This document shows, in pieces, positions 8,978 to 17,780 of a DNA stretch of 64,000 nucleotides (the first letter of the stretch is position 1; the number at the start of each line of letters is the position of its first letter). The notes below the pieces were generated by a model that saw nothing but the letters and a program-made list of their open reading frames with translations, was not told the DNA's origin and did not search any database. Source of the DNA: Planctomycetota bacterium (GTDB lineage Bacteria; Planctomycetota; MHYJ01; WSZJ01); the NCBI GenBank assembly GCA_038060895.1, contig JBBTCT010000022.1:256001-320000 (forward strand), in the 5' to 3' direction. A program made the position numbers and the translations under genes.

Positions 8978-10827
8978 CTCGCGCTGCCGCTCCCGGAGTT
9001 CTCCTCCTGCTGGCCACCTTCGCCTCCGCCCAGACGACGACGGTCCGCGACGCGGACGGGTTCCGGCAGGCGGTGAGGACGGCGAAGCCGGGCGCGAAGA
9101 TCCTCCTTGCGGCAGGGGAGTACGGCGGAGGTTTTTATTTCGAGAACGTGAAGGGCGAATCCGGGAAGCCTGTGACCATCGCCGCCGCGGACCCCGCGCA
9201 CCCGCCCGAGTTCACCGGCGGCGCTTCCGCGATGCACTTCACGGACGCCTGCCACCTCGAGCTGCGCGACGTCACGGTGAAAGGCTCAACCGCCAACGGC
9301 CTCAACTTCGACGACGGCGGCACGTTCGACACGACGTCGCACCACCTAGTCCTCCGCGGGATCAGGGTCACCGACGTCGGCGCGAGAGGCAACGAGGACG
9401 GACTGAAGATGTCGGGCATCCAGGATTTCCGCGTCGAAGACTGCTCGTTCGAGCGCTGGGGCGCGAACGGATCGGGGATCGACATGGTCGGGTGCGTGCG
9501 GGGCGTGATCGAAAATTGCCGCTTCAGCCACCCGGGAGGCTCCAACGGCGTGCAGATGAAGGGGGCCAGCGCCTCCGTATCGGTCCGCAGGTGCCGCTTC
9601 GAGGACGCCGGCTCGCGCGCGATCAACATCGGCGGCAGCACCGGCCTCCCGTTCTTCCGGCCGCCGCTCAAGGAGCCGCCGTTTGCGGAAGCGCGGGACA
9701 TCACGGTCGAAGGAAACACGTTCACGGGGTCGGACTGCCCGGTGGCGTTCGTCGGCGTGGACGGCGCCGTGGTCCGCTACAACACGATCTACCGCCCGCG
9801 GCGCTGGGCGATGCGCATCCTGCAGGAGACGACGGCGGACGGATTCGTGCCGTGCCGCAACGGCGAGTTCAGCCGGAACATCGTAGTTTTCCGGAGCGAC
9901 GCGTGGTCGGAGGGCGGGGTCAATGCAGGCTCCGGGACGGAGCCGTCGAGCTTCAAGTTCGAGGGAAACGCCTGGTTCTGCCTCGACGCCCCGGCGCGGT
10001 CGAAACCCAAACTGCCGGCGGAAGAGATCAAGGGGTTGTACGGGACCGACCCGATGTTCGAGGATCCTGAGAAGGGTGACTTGCGCGTGAGGGCGGCGAG
10101 CCCCATCCGCGACGCGGGGGCTGAGGCGCTTCAGGACTCGCCGGTCGTCTGGCTCGACGATGCGAAAACGGTGAAGATGGAATTCCGCCGCATCAAGGCC
10201 GGGAAGTTCACGATGGGTGCGAAGGAAGGCGCGGACGAAAAGCGGCTGCCGCATTCGGTGACGCTGACGCGGGATTTCCTGATGCAGACCACAGAGGTGA
10301 CGCAGGCGCAGTTCGAGGCGCTGATGGGGTCGAATCCGTCGAAATCGAAAGGCAAGGACCTGCCCGTGGAGCACGTGACGTGGGATGAGTGCCAGGAATT
10401 CGTCGAGAAGCTGAACGTACGCCTCGCAGGATGGGTCGCAAGCCTTCCGACCGAGGCGGAGTGGGAATACGCCTGTGGCGCGGGGTCTGCCGGGAGATGG
10501 GGCAGCGGGAACGACGCGAAACAGCTCCTCGATTACGCCTGGCTCGAGCCGAACTCGGGCGGCAAGACGCACCCGGTCGCGCAGAAGAAGCCGAACGCCT
10601 GGGGACTCCACGACATGCACGGCAACGCGTGGGAGTGGTGCGCCGACTGGTACGGCCCCTTCCGCGGCGACGAAATCGACCCCAAAGGCCCCGAAACCGG
10701 CGTCGCACGCTGCCTGCGCGGCGGGAGCTGGACCAGCCTCGCTACCCACGCGCGGTCGGCCCACAGCCTGTGGTGCGCGCCGGACTACCGAATGGAAGAA
10801 GCGGGGTTCCGGGTGCTCCTCAAATAG
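8974..10827 (+). CDS. Secreted right-handed beta-helix protein fused to an FGE-sulfatase (SUMF1) domain
   Basis: ATGA overlap with ppk2; signal peptide; parallel beta-helix repeats; C-terminal TEVTQAQF, LPTEAEWEYAC, NAWGLHDMHGNAWEWC, RGGSW, GFR. Confidence 0.85.
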   Translation: MTRAAAPGVLLLLATFASAQTTTVRDADGFRQAVRTAKPGAKILLAAGEYGGGFYFENVKGESGKPVTIAAADPAHPPEFTGGASAMHFTDACHLELRDVTVKGSTANGLNFDDGGTFDTTSHHLVLRGIRVTDVGARGNEDGLKMSGIQDFRVEDCSFERWGANGSGIDMVGCVRGVIENCRFSHPGGSNGVQMKGASASVSVRRCRFEDAGSRAINIGGSTGLPFFRPPLKEPPFAEARDITVEGNTFTGSDCPVAFVGVDGAVVRYNTIYRPRRWAMRILQETTADGFVPCRNGEFSRNIVVFRSDAWSEGGVNAGSGTEPSSFKFEGNAWFCLDAPARSKPKLPAEEIKGLYGTDPMFEDPEKGDLRVRAASPIRDAGAEALQDSPVVWLDDAKTVKMEFRRIKAGKFTMGAKEGADEKRLPHSVTLTRDFLMQTTEVTQAQFEALMGSNPSKSKGKDLPVEHVTWDECQEFVEKLNVRLAGWVASLPTEAEWEYACGAGSAGRWGSGNDAKQLLDYAWLEPNSGGKTHPVAQKKPNAWGLHDMHGNAWEWCADWYGPFRGDEIDPKGPETGVARCLRGGSWTSLATHARSAHSLWCAPDYRMEEAGFRVLLK

Positions 10828-11126
10828 ACATCATTTCTCCGGTGACCACTCCACCGGCGTTTTCACCGCTTCCTTGATCGCGTCCCACTCCTTCGGCGTC
10901 ATGTTCATGCGCTCGGCGCGGCTTGTCGTTTCGCGAATTTGGCAAAGCCGTCCGCCGGCATGATCGAGTTAGACGGAGTGCATCCCGATGAAGAGATCCT
11001 CGCCCAGGCCGCGCTCGCCGGCGAAGGCAAGGGTGCGTGCCTTGAAGGCGCGCTCAAGTTCCTTGGCGGAAAATGAACCGGGCATGACGTCCCGCAGCGA
11101 ATGAGCCGTGCTACGATCCGCCCGCG

Positions 11127-11963
11127 ATGACCATGCTGCGCGTCATGACGTACAACATCCTCGAGGGCGCGAACGACCGCCTCGACGTGGTCGCCTCGGT
11201 CGTGCGCGCGGCGGACCCGGACGTGCTCGGCGTCACCGAGGCGAACGGGTTCGAGGACCCGAAGCGGCTGAAGGAAGTCGAGAAGGCGTTCGGGATGAAG
11301 GGTGTCGTGGGGCATGCGAAGAGCGGTTTCCACGTCGCAATTTTCACGAAGCCGGCGTGGACCGTCGAGGCCAGCGGGTCCGAGTTCTACCCGTTTTTTC
11401 ACGCGGCGCTCTGGGCGAAGCTGCGGTTCGACAAGGACCGCCACTTCACCGCCGTCGTCGCCCACCTCAATCCGTTCAGCCCGGATGAGCGCCTCGCGGA
11501 AGTCCGGGCCCTGTGCCGTCACGCGGCGCCCAAGGAGCGCGCCGTCCTGATGGGAGACTTCAACTGCATGGCTCCCGGAGACGAGATCGACCAGAGCGTC
11601 CTCGAACTCCCGCGCAACATCCTGGCGCGCTTCATCAAGGAGGCCGGCGACCCCGTCGAGTTCGACCGCCGCGAGATCGCGCTCGCCGAGTGGGCGGGGT
11701 TCGTGGACGTTTACCGGAAAATGGTCCCGAAGAAACCGGGGTGGACGCTCATGACGACGCGGTTCGGCGCGGCGCTCCGGTCGCGAATGCGCATCGACTA
11801 CATGCTGGCGACTCCGGGGATGTCGAAGCGCGCGACTTCGTCGGAGGTCATCGAGACGAACGAGTCGCGGCGCGCGAGCGACCACTACCCGCTGATGGCG
11901 ACGTTCGACATGCGCGGGATGGGGACGGGGAAGTCGGAAAAGTGGATACCGCTTGAAAAGTAG
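11127..11963 (+). CDS. Endonuclease/exonuclease/phosphatase family protein
   Basis: TYNI, TE, GDFN, RIDY, SDHYP motifs. Confidence 0.9.
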   Translation: MTMLRVMTYNILEGANDRLDVVASVVRAADPDVLGVTEANGFEDPKRLKEVEKAFGMKGVVGHAKSGFHVAIFTKPAWTVEASGSEFYPFFHAALWAKLRFDKDRHFTAVVAHLNPFSPDERLAEVRALCRHAAPKERAVLMGDFNCMAPGDEIDQSVLELPRNILARFIKEAGDPVEFDRREIALAEWAGFVDVYRKMVPKKPGWTLMTTRFGAALRSRMRIDYMLATPGMSKRATSSEVIETNESRRASDHYPLMATFDMRGMGTGKSEKWIPLEK

Positions 11964-11996
11964 AGGCTTGCCATCCTGGAGGAAAGGCGGTAGCCC

Positions 11997-14108
11997 ATGA
12001 GACTTCATGGAACATTCACGGCGCTCGCGCTCATCGCCTTCGTCGCCGGCTGCGGGGGAAGCGCCGACCATGCCGACCCGGGGGAAACGGACTTGAGCGC
12101 GGACCCGCATCTCTGGCTTGAAGACGTCTACGGCGAGAAAGCGCTCGATTGGGTGCGCGCGCAGAACGCCGTGAGCCAGAAGGAGCTCGAGGCGCTGCCG
12201 GAATTCGAGCCGACGCGGAAGCGGCTTCTGGCGATCTACGATTCGCGGGAGCGGATTCCGCACGTGGGGAAGCGGGGGAAGTGGTTCTACAACTTCTGGC
12301 GCGATGCGAAGAACGTGCGCGGCGTGTGGCGGCGGACGACGCTGGACGAGTACCGCAAGGCGGCGCCGGCGTGGGAGACGGTGATCGACGTCGACCAGCT
12401 CGCGGCCGCGGAGAACGAGAATTGGGTCTGGCAGGGGACGCACTTCCTCGAGCCGGGTTGGGAGCGCTGCATGGTCCAGCTCTCGCGCGGCGGGCTGGAC
12501 GCGAGCGTGTGGCGCGAGTTTGACGTCGTGAAGAAGGAATTCGTGGCTGGCGGGTTCGCGGTGCCGGAGGCGAAGAGCTGGGTCGCGTGGCGCGACATCG
12601 ACACGATCTACGTCGGGACCGATTTCGGCCCGGGGTCAATGACGACATCCGGGTACACGCGCATCGGCAAGGAGTGGAAGCGCGGGACGCCGCTGGCGGA
12701 GGCGCGGACGGTCTTTGAGGGGACGGTGGACGACGTCAACGCGGACATCACGGTCATCCACGATCACGGCCGCACGTACGAGCTGGCGTCGCGCTCGCCG
12801 ACGTTTTTCACGGACGAGATGTTCGTGCGCCGGGGGGACGAGTTCGTGCGCATCGAGAAGCCGGCTGACACCCGACTCCGCTTCTTCGGCGACGCGGCGC
12901 TGTTCGAGCCGCGCACGGACTGGACCGTCGGCGGGAAGACGTGGCCCGCCGGCACGCTCCTTTCGACGGACTTCGACTCCTGGATGAGGGGCGAACGCAA
13001 CCTCGTCCCCGTCTTCGAGCCCACGGCGCGCGCTTCGCTGAGCAGCATCCATTCGACGAAGAGCTGCCTGATCCTGAACATCCTCGAGAATGTCCGCAGC
13101 CGCCCCGTTCTTCTGCACCTTGAAAAGGGAGCCTGGAAACGCACGCCCCTCGAGGTGCCGGAGATCGGCGTCGTGGGCGCGCACGGCGTTGACCCGGACG
13201 AGAACGACGACTACTTCCTGGACGTGACCAGCTTCCTCACGCCGTCCAGCCTGTGGATGGGGACCGTCGGGAAACCGGGGCGCGAAAAGTTGAAGAGTCT
13301 CCCGGAGTATTTCGAGGCCGACGGTCTCGAGATCCAGCAGTTCGAGGTCAAGTCGAAGGACGGCACGCGCGTCCCGTACTTCCAGGTCAGCCGCAAGGGC
13401 CTCGCGCTCGACGGCTCGAATCCCACCCTTCTCTACGGCTACGGCGGCTTCGAAATCTCCATGCTCCCTTCCTACAACTCCGGCCTCGGAGCCTCCTGGC
13501 TCGAGCGCGGCGGCGTCTACGTCCTTTCCAACATCCGCGGCGGCGGCGAGTTCGGCCCCGCGTGGCACAACGCCGTGCGAAAGGAGAACCGGCAGCTCGC
13601 CTACGACGACTTCATCGCGATCGCCGAGGACCTCATCGCGCGCAAGGTCTCATCCCCGCGCCACCTCGGCATCTCAGGCCGCTCGAACGGCGGCCTCCTC
13701 ATGGGCGCCATTCTCACCCAGCGCCCGGAACTCTTCCGCGCCGTCGTCTGCGGGAATCCGCTTCTCGACATGAAGCGTTACCACAAGCTGCTGGCCGGCG
13801 CGAGCTGGATGGACGAGTACGGCGACCCCGACAAGCCGGAGGAGTGGGCGTACATTTCGAAGTTCTCGCCGTACCAGAACCTGCGCAAGGAGCGGACGTA
13901 CCCGCGCGTGCTGTTCACGACGTCGACGAGGGACGACCGCGTCCACCCCGGCCACGCGAGGAAGATGTTCGCGCGCATGCAGGAGCAGGGCCATGACGCC
14001 CTCTACTACGAGAACATCGAGGGAGGGCACGGGTCGGCGGCGAACAACAAGCAGTCGGCCTTCATGGAAGCGCTGGCGTATGCGTTCCTGTGGAAGGAGC
14101 TGAAGTGA
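11997..14108 (+). CDS. Prolyl oligopeptidase (S9A), lipoprotein
   Basis: Lipobox FVAGC; DPHLWLE; GYGGF; NIRGGGEFG; catalytic GRSNGG, DDRVHP, GGH. Confidence 0.93.
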   Translation: MRLHGTFTALALIAFVAGCGGSADHADPGETDLSADPHLWLEDVYGEKALDWVRAQNAVSQKELEALPEFEPTRKRLLAIYDSRERIPHVGKRGKWFYNFWRDAKNVRGVWRRTTLDEYRKAAPAWETVIDVDQLAAAENENWVWQGTHFLEPGWERCMVQLSRGGLDASVWREFDVVKKEFVAGGFAVPEAKSWVAWRDIDTIYVGTDFGPGSMTTSGYTRIGKEWKRGTPLAEARTVFEGTVDDVNADITVIHDHGRTYELASRSPTFFTDEMFVRRGDEFVRIEKPADTRLRFFGDAALFEPRTDWTVGGKTWPAGTLLSTDFDSWMRGERNLVPVFEPTARASLSSIHSTKSCLILNILENVRSRPVLLHLEKGAWKRTPLEVPEIGVVGAHGVDPDENDDYFLDVTSFLTPSSLWMGTVGKPGREKLKSLPEYFEADGLEIQQFEVKSKDGTRVPYFQVSRKGLALDGSNPTLLYGYGGFEISMLPSYNSGLGASWLERGGVYVLSNIRGGGEFGPAWHNAVRKENRQLAYDDFIAIAEDLIARKVSSPRHLGISGRSNGGLLMGAILTQRPELFRAVVCGNPLLDMKRYHKLLAGASWMDEYGDPDKPEEWAYISKFSPYQNLRKERTYPRVLFTTSTRDDRVHPGHARKMFARMQEQGHDALYYENIEGGHGSAANNKQSAFMEALAYAFLWKELK

Positions 14109-14127
14109 ATCGAGGCTGGTTGCAGCA

Positions 14128-14440
14128 GTGAGCACGAAGCCACAATTTCCATGTCCGTGTTGTGGATACGTCGTGTTTTTCGAGCGTCCGGGTAACTACG
14201 AAATTTGCCCGATCTGTTTCTGGGAAGACGACCTCGTTCAACTTCGTGACCCGCGGTTTCCAGGGGGCGCCAACAAATCCAGCCTGGTGGATGCGCAGCA
14301 GAACTGCATTTTGGAAGGTGCCATGGAATCCCGATTCAAGGGGAATGTCCGCAAGCCGCGACCTACCGACGAACAGGATCCGCATTGGCGGCCGGTCAAC
14401 CTCGAGAAGGACAACCTGGAGCAGTGCCTGCCTGAAGGGG
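14128..14440 (+). pseudogene. CPCC-type cysteine-rich protein, C-terminus lost and no stop of its own (end approximate)
   Basis: CPCCG..EICPICFWEDD..GANKSSL motif; the frame runs through non-coding-looking sequence into the next gene. Confidence 0.55.
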
Positions 14441-14541
14441 TCTTCCCTGCCCGAGCTTCCGATTCGCCGGCGCGAGATTTCAGGTGTTCGACTGCCCCCG
14501 CCGCGGCATCATGCCTGCAACCTCTCAGCCGGAGAATTGCC

Positions 14542-15261
14542 ATGCGCGTTTGCCTCGTTCTCGCCTTCGTCGGCATCGCCGCTTCCCTCGCTGCCGCCCA
14601 GGACTCGAAGCCCGACGTCTCCGAAAACGCCTGGCTCGACTACGACGTCGCTTCGCTCAAGAACGGCGAGTGGGTGAAACTGAAACTCGACCGCGACGGG
14701 GAGAAGCCTCTGGAGTACCGGCTGTCGTGCGTGGGGCTGGAAGCGGAGGTGGTCTGGATCGAGGAGGACCGGACGACGGTGGAGTCGTTCCCGGGGACGG
14801 TGATCCTGTGCTCGGTGGGGTTGAAGGACCGGAAGGTGAAGCGCGCGTTCTGGGGGAAGCCGGGTGAGAAGGGCCGGGAGCTGAACCTGACGCGGCGGAT
14901 TTTGCCGGATCCGGGCAACGACGCGGCGAAGGGGACTGCGGAAGTGACCGCGGGCAAGGTGACGATCAAGGGAAAGGAGCACGTCACCGAGAAAATCGAA
15001 ATCAAGGTGGAGATCGAGGGGTTCGGCGCGCCGATCAAGACGAAGCAGGTGATCGTCCTTGCAGCCGAGATCCCATTCCCGCTGGCGATGGACGAGAAGG
15101 GCAACTGCCGCGCGAGCATTTCGGAGGGGAAGATCGAATGGAAGGGGAAGCCGACGTGGAAGGGCGGGGTGGTGACGCTTCAATTTGAGGGCGGAACGAA
15201 GTCGACGCTGTCGCTTGTGGACTGGGGGGCGGACGCGAAGGCGACGTTGTTCAAGCCCTAG
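14542..15261 (+). CDS. Secreted beta-rich hypothetical protein
   Basis: GGAG RBS, signal peptide MRVCLVLAFVGIAASLAAA, host-like codon usage. Confidence 0.75.
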   Translation: MRVCLVLAFVGIAASLAAAQDSKPDVSENAWLDYDVASLKNGEWVKLKLDRDGEKPLEYRLSCVGLEAEVVWIEEDRTTVESFPGTVILCSVGLKDRKVKRAFWGKPGEKGRELNLTRRILPDPGNDAAKGTAEVTAGKVTIKGKEHVTEKIEIKVEIEGFGAPIKTKQVIVLAAEIPFPLAMDEKGNCRASISEGKIEWKGKPTWKGGVVTLQFEGGTKSTLSLVDWGADAKATLFKP

Positions 15262-16085
15262 CGCCCGAGCCTCTCGGAAGCATCCCACTCTTCTTCATTT
15301 TCCAGACCTGTCCTGTAGTCCGGATTCTCGACGAAGTGGCCGAGGTCCTGGTCCCAGAAGAACACCTTCCGGCAGGGGAACTCGGAAACCGGATCCCGGC
15401 GGATGATGCCTTCCTCACCTTCAATTGTGTCACCGTCGTCTTCTCCCTTGTCGACGACGGTTCCCGTGAGATCGAGGTCGTCGTACCCGTCGAGGTCGAT
15501 GTCGCGATAGCAGGGAGACAGCAGGCCCCCCTTGTAGGTGTACCGGTCGTCATGGTCGTCCACGGCGCGCGTCTCGAGGAGCAGCACCAGCTTCCGGCCG
15601 CGCAACTCGTACAGGTACAAGCCTCCGTTGCCCATGTGCGTCTGGCCGAAAACCTCGAACACCGGATTGGGGATTCCGTGCAGCGCCAGGGCCCGCATCT
15701 CCCGGACCGATTGCTCCCCGGGCTGGTTTTCGCACTCCGCCTGCCAGACAATGGCATCCTCCTCAACCCCGTACACCGTCATGAATCCCCACCACTGGCC
15801 TTCGTAGTCGCAAATGGCGCCGAGCAGATCGGGGTGCCCGGCGACCGGGACTGAAGTGATCGCGCGGAGTTCGGCCGACTCGTGTTTCAGGTTCCATGCG
15901 GCGATCGCGGCGTTGAAGCGGCCTGAATCGTCTCCCTCAGGGTCCTCCAGGCGGGGAGAGATTCCGGCCTCATCGGCGGATTTGCGCGACGAGAGCCGCC
16001 GGCATCCGGCGAGCAGAAGAGCGATCGCGACTGAGATCGTAAGGACTCTGATGGGGCACCTCGGGCTGTGAGCGACGCGCGGCAC
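15258..16085 (-). CDS. Hypothetical lipoprotein (start uncertain)
   Basis: LLAGC lipobox; DIDLDGYDDL Ca-binding-like motif. Confidence 0.7.
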   Translation of the reverse strand: MPRVAHSPRCPIRVLTISVAIALLLAGCRRLSSRKSADEAGISPRLEDPEGDDSGRFNAAIAAWNLKHESAELRAITSVPVAGHPDLLGAICDYEGQWWGFMTVYGVEEDAIVWQAECENQPGEQSVREMRALALHGIPNPVFEVFGQTHMGNGGLYLYELRGRKLVLLLETRAVDDHDDRYTYKGGLLSPCYRDIDLDGYDDLDLTGTVVDKGEDDGDTIEGEEGIIRRDPVSEFPCRKVFFWDQDLGHFVENPDYRTGLENEEEWDASERLGR

Positions 16086-16117
16086 TGCTATCGGCGCGCC
16101 GCCGACCCGGGCCGCAC

Positions 16118-16579
16118 TTACTCTTTACCGCCGCAGCACTTCTTGTACTTCTTGCCGCTCCCGCAAGGGCACGGATCGTTGCGGCCGAGAGGCGCGCCCG
16201 CATTCTTGAAAGGCGTTCCCTCGGGTTTCGCCTGCTTTTCGAACGCCGCGGTGAGCGCGCCGGCGTAGGTGGCGAGCTGGCGGCCGCCGTAGAGGCGACC
16301 CTCGGATTCCAGGAATTCGAGGAAGGCGCCGACGAGGTGGGGGACGGAGGCGCGCGCTTCGGGTGGAAGGGCAAGCCGGGCGAGGCCGGTGAGGAGGCCG
16401 TTTCTGACGGAGAGTTCGTCGAGATCGCCGGGAGAAACGGAGGCGCACGCCGTTTCCATGAAGGCCATGAGGAGCGGGGCGGCGTCCAGATCGGGGCGTG
16501 CGCGGAAGGGGCGGAAGGGAGTGGACTCGAGGAAGTCAGCGATCCAGGCTTCGACGCTGTCGCGTTCGAACGTTTCCAT
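16118..16579 (-). CDS. SEC-C motif protein
   Basis: C-terminal [18 protein letters not shown]. Confidence 0.9.
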   Translation of the reverse strand: METFERDSVEAWIADFLESTPFRPFRARPDLDAAPLLMAFMETACASVSPGDLDELSVRNGLLTGLARLALPPEARASVPHLVGAFLEFLESEGRLYGGRQLATYAGALTAAFEKQAKPEGTPFKNAGAPLGRNDPCPCGSGKKYKKCCGGKE

Positions 16580-16873
16580 GGGCAAAGCATCGTACGCGCG
16601 GGGCTGCTGTCGCGCGAGTGGCAGGGGGAATAGTCGCCGGAACGCTCAGCCGAGATCGTATAAAATAAGTACTCTGCGCTGCTTAATGATATGCGTGGCT
16701 GGAGTCTGACGCACAGCGAATTTCAACGGGATTATGCACTTGACAAACTTAAAATCCATGAACGAAACTCGTACAGGCATCATGGTTTGCGTCGATTATG
16801 GCCCCGCGATTAAACGAATAAGAAAATCGCCAGAGTCCCGTTTCAGGACGCGATTTTGGCCCGCGACGAGGAT

Positions 16874-17002
16874 TCAGGACTTACGGCGAGGTTTCCCGGC
16901 CTTCTTAGCCCGCTTCAGGGGGGGTGTAGCGAGGGCCTTCCGGATCATGGCGTCGAAGTCCACGCGGGTCACTTCTCGGTGGCTCTCTGGCTTGGGTTTC
17001 AT
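16874..17002 (-). CDS. 42-aa basic peptide inside the IS
   Basis: AAGGAG RBS; MKPKPESHREVTRVDFDAMIRKALATPPLKRAKKAGKPRRKS; too short for the ORF track. Confidence 0.6.
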   Translation of the reverse strand: MKPKPESHREVTRVDFDAMIRKALATPPLKRAKKAGKPRRKS

Positions 17003-17049
17003 CTATCTATCTCCTTGGGGGTTATCAGGCTGATTCCCCTAGAAAGTAT

Positions 17050-17078
17050 TTGACAGCGTCTGCGGCGCAGCTTAGGAT
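17050..17078 (+). promoter_or_regulatory. Sigma70-type promoter for the wHTH-tRNA-tRNA unit
   Basis: TTGACA-17 bp-TAGGAT; ATG lies 7 nt after the -10, implying a leaderless mRNA. Confidence 0.75.
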
Positions 17079-17085
17079 TTCCCAG

Positions 17086-17475
17086 ATGCGAAGGAACAAC
17101 AAGATCGTGAGCCTTGGAGAGGAAATCGCGGCGAAGCGCCGGGAGCTGGCGGCGCTTGAGGCCGAACTTGACATCGAAGTCAGGCGGTATAGCGGTGGTC
17201 ATGCGAAGGCTCCACAAGCGGTGGTGACACCGCCTAGACCTGCGGACCCTGAAGAGGTCCTTCTGAGTGATGCCATCATCGCTGGCAAGGTGGTGCCTCT
17301 CTTGGACAGGGAGCCGGATCGGGTGTTCACCGTGGATGATATCACAAGATTGACCGGAGTGCCGCGCCACCTTCTGGTGATGTCTATCGGGCGCATGGTG
17401 CGCTGGCACAAGGTCCACAAAGTGGAAGCTGGCAAGTACAAGGCATCCACGGTTAAGAAAGCGATGGAGGGATAA
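17086..17475 (+). CDS. Passenger protein: N-terminal coiled coil plus putative C-terminal winged helix
   Basis: EEIAAKRRELAALEAEL coil, Pro-rich linker, then VFTVDDITRLTGVPRHLLVMSIGRMVRWHKVHKVEAGKY (helix-turn-helix plus wing pattern). Confidence 0.65.
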   Translation: MRRNNKIVSLGEEIAAKRRELAALEAELDIEVRRYSGGHAKAPQAVVTPPRPADPEEVLLSDAIIAGKVVPLLDREPDRVFTVDDITRLTGVPRHLLVMSIGRMVRWHKVHKVEAGKYKASTVKKAMEG

Positions 17476-17504
17476 AGAAAAACCCTCGGTCGTTGGCCGA
17501 GGGT
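17474..17504 (-). terminator. Minus-strand intrinsic terminator between the wHTH gene and the tRNAs
   Basis: ACCCTCGGTC-GTT-GGCCGAGGGT hairpin preceded by AAAGAAAAA, so the U-tract exists only on the minus strand. Confidence 0.65.
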
Positions 17505-17515
17505 GTACGTCGGTT

Positions 17516-17607
17516 GGAGAGGTGTCCGAGTGGCTTATGGTGCTGGTTTCCAAAACCAGTGAACGGTGGTGACACACCGTCCGAGGGTTCGACTCCCTCC
17601 CTCTCCG
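17516..17607 (+). tRNA. tRNA with Ser-type body and CCA (Trp) anticodon
   Basis: GGAGAGG/CCTCTCC acceptor, G73, G15:C48, CTGGT-TTCCAAA-ACCAG anticodon arm, long variable arm ACGGTG/CACCGT, GAGGG-TTCGACT-CCCTC T arm; 3' CCA not encoded. Confidence 0.92.
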
Positions 17608-17625
17608 TTTTGCTGTTCTGAGGCT

Positions 17626-17720
17626 GGCCGGGTGGCGGAACTGGTTTACGCGCCCGACTTGGAATCGGGTGGTTGTCTCTTGACGGGGGCACCATGCGGG
17701 TTCGAATCCCGTCCCGGTCA
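17626..17720 (+). tRNA. tRNA with Leu-type body and UGG (Pro) anticodon
   Basis: GGCCGGG/CCCGGTC acceptor, A73, D arm GCG-GAACTGGTTTA-CGC with A15:U48, CCCGA-CTTGGAA-TCGGG anticodon arm, ~26-nt variable arm, GCGGG-TTCGAAT-CCCGT T arm; 3' CCA not encoded. Confidence 0.92.
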
Positions 17721-17780
17721 GTCTCATTTTTGAAAGATCGAAGCGCCTTTGCGAAGTGCTTGAGGCTGGCGCGTGTCAAA

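Noticed and set aside
14128-15261. Genuine 377-aa CPCC-secreted protein fusion
   Set aside because: An internal RBS and signal peptide at 14542 indicate a separate gene; the linker looks non-coding.
17516-17607. tRNA-Sec serving the moeB UGA
   Set aside because: Anticodon is CCA, not UCA, and the fold is canonical 7/5 with a short D stem.
17516-17720. Ordinary tRNA-Trp and tRNA-Pro genes, or tRNA as an integration site
   Set aside because: Long variable arms and Ser/Leu identity elements contradict those isotypes; both genes lie inside the TIRs and there is no integrase or duplicated tRNA 3' end.
16999-17727. 242-aa minus-strand ORF and other ORFs over the tRNAs
   Set aside because: Antisense shadow of the tRNAs and the wHTH gene; no RBS or protein-like composition.
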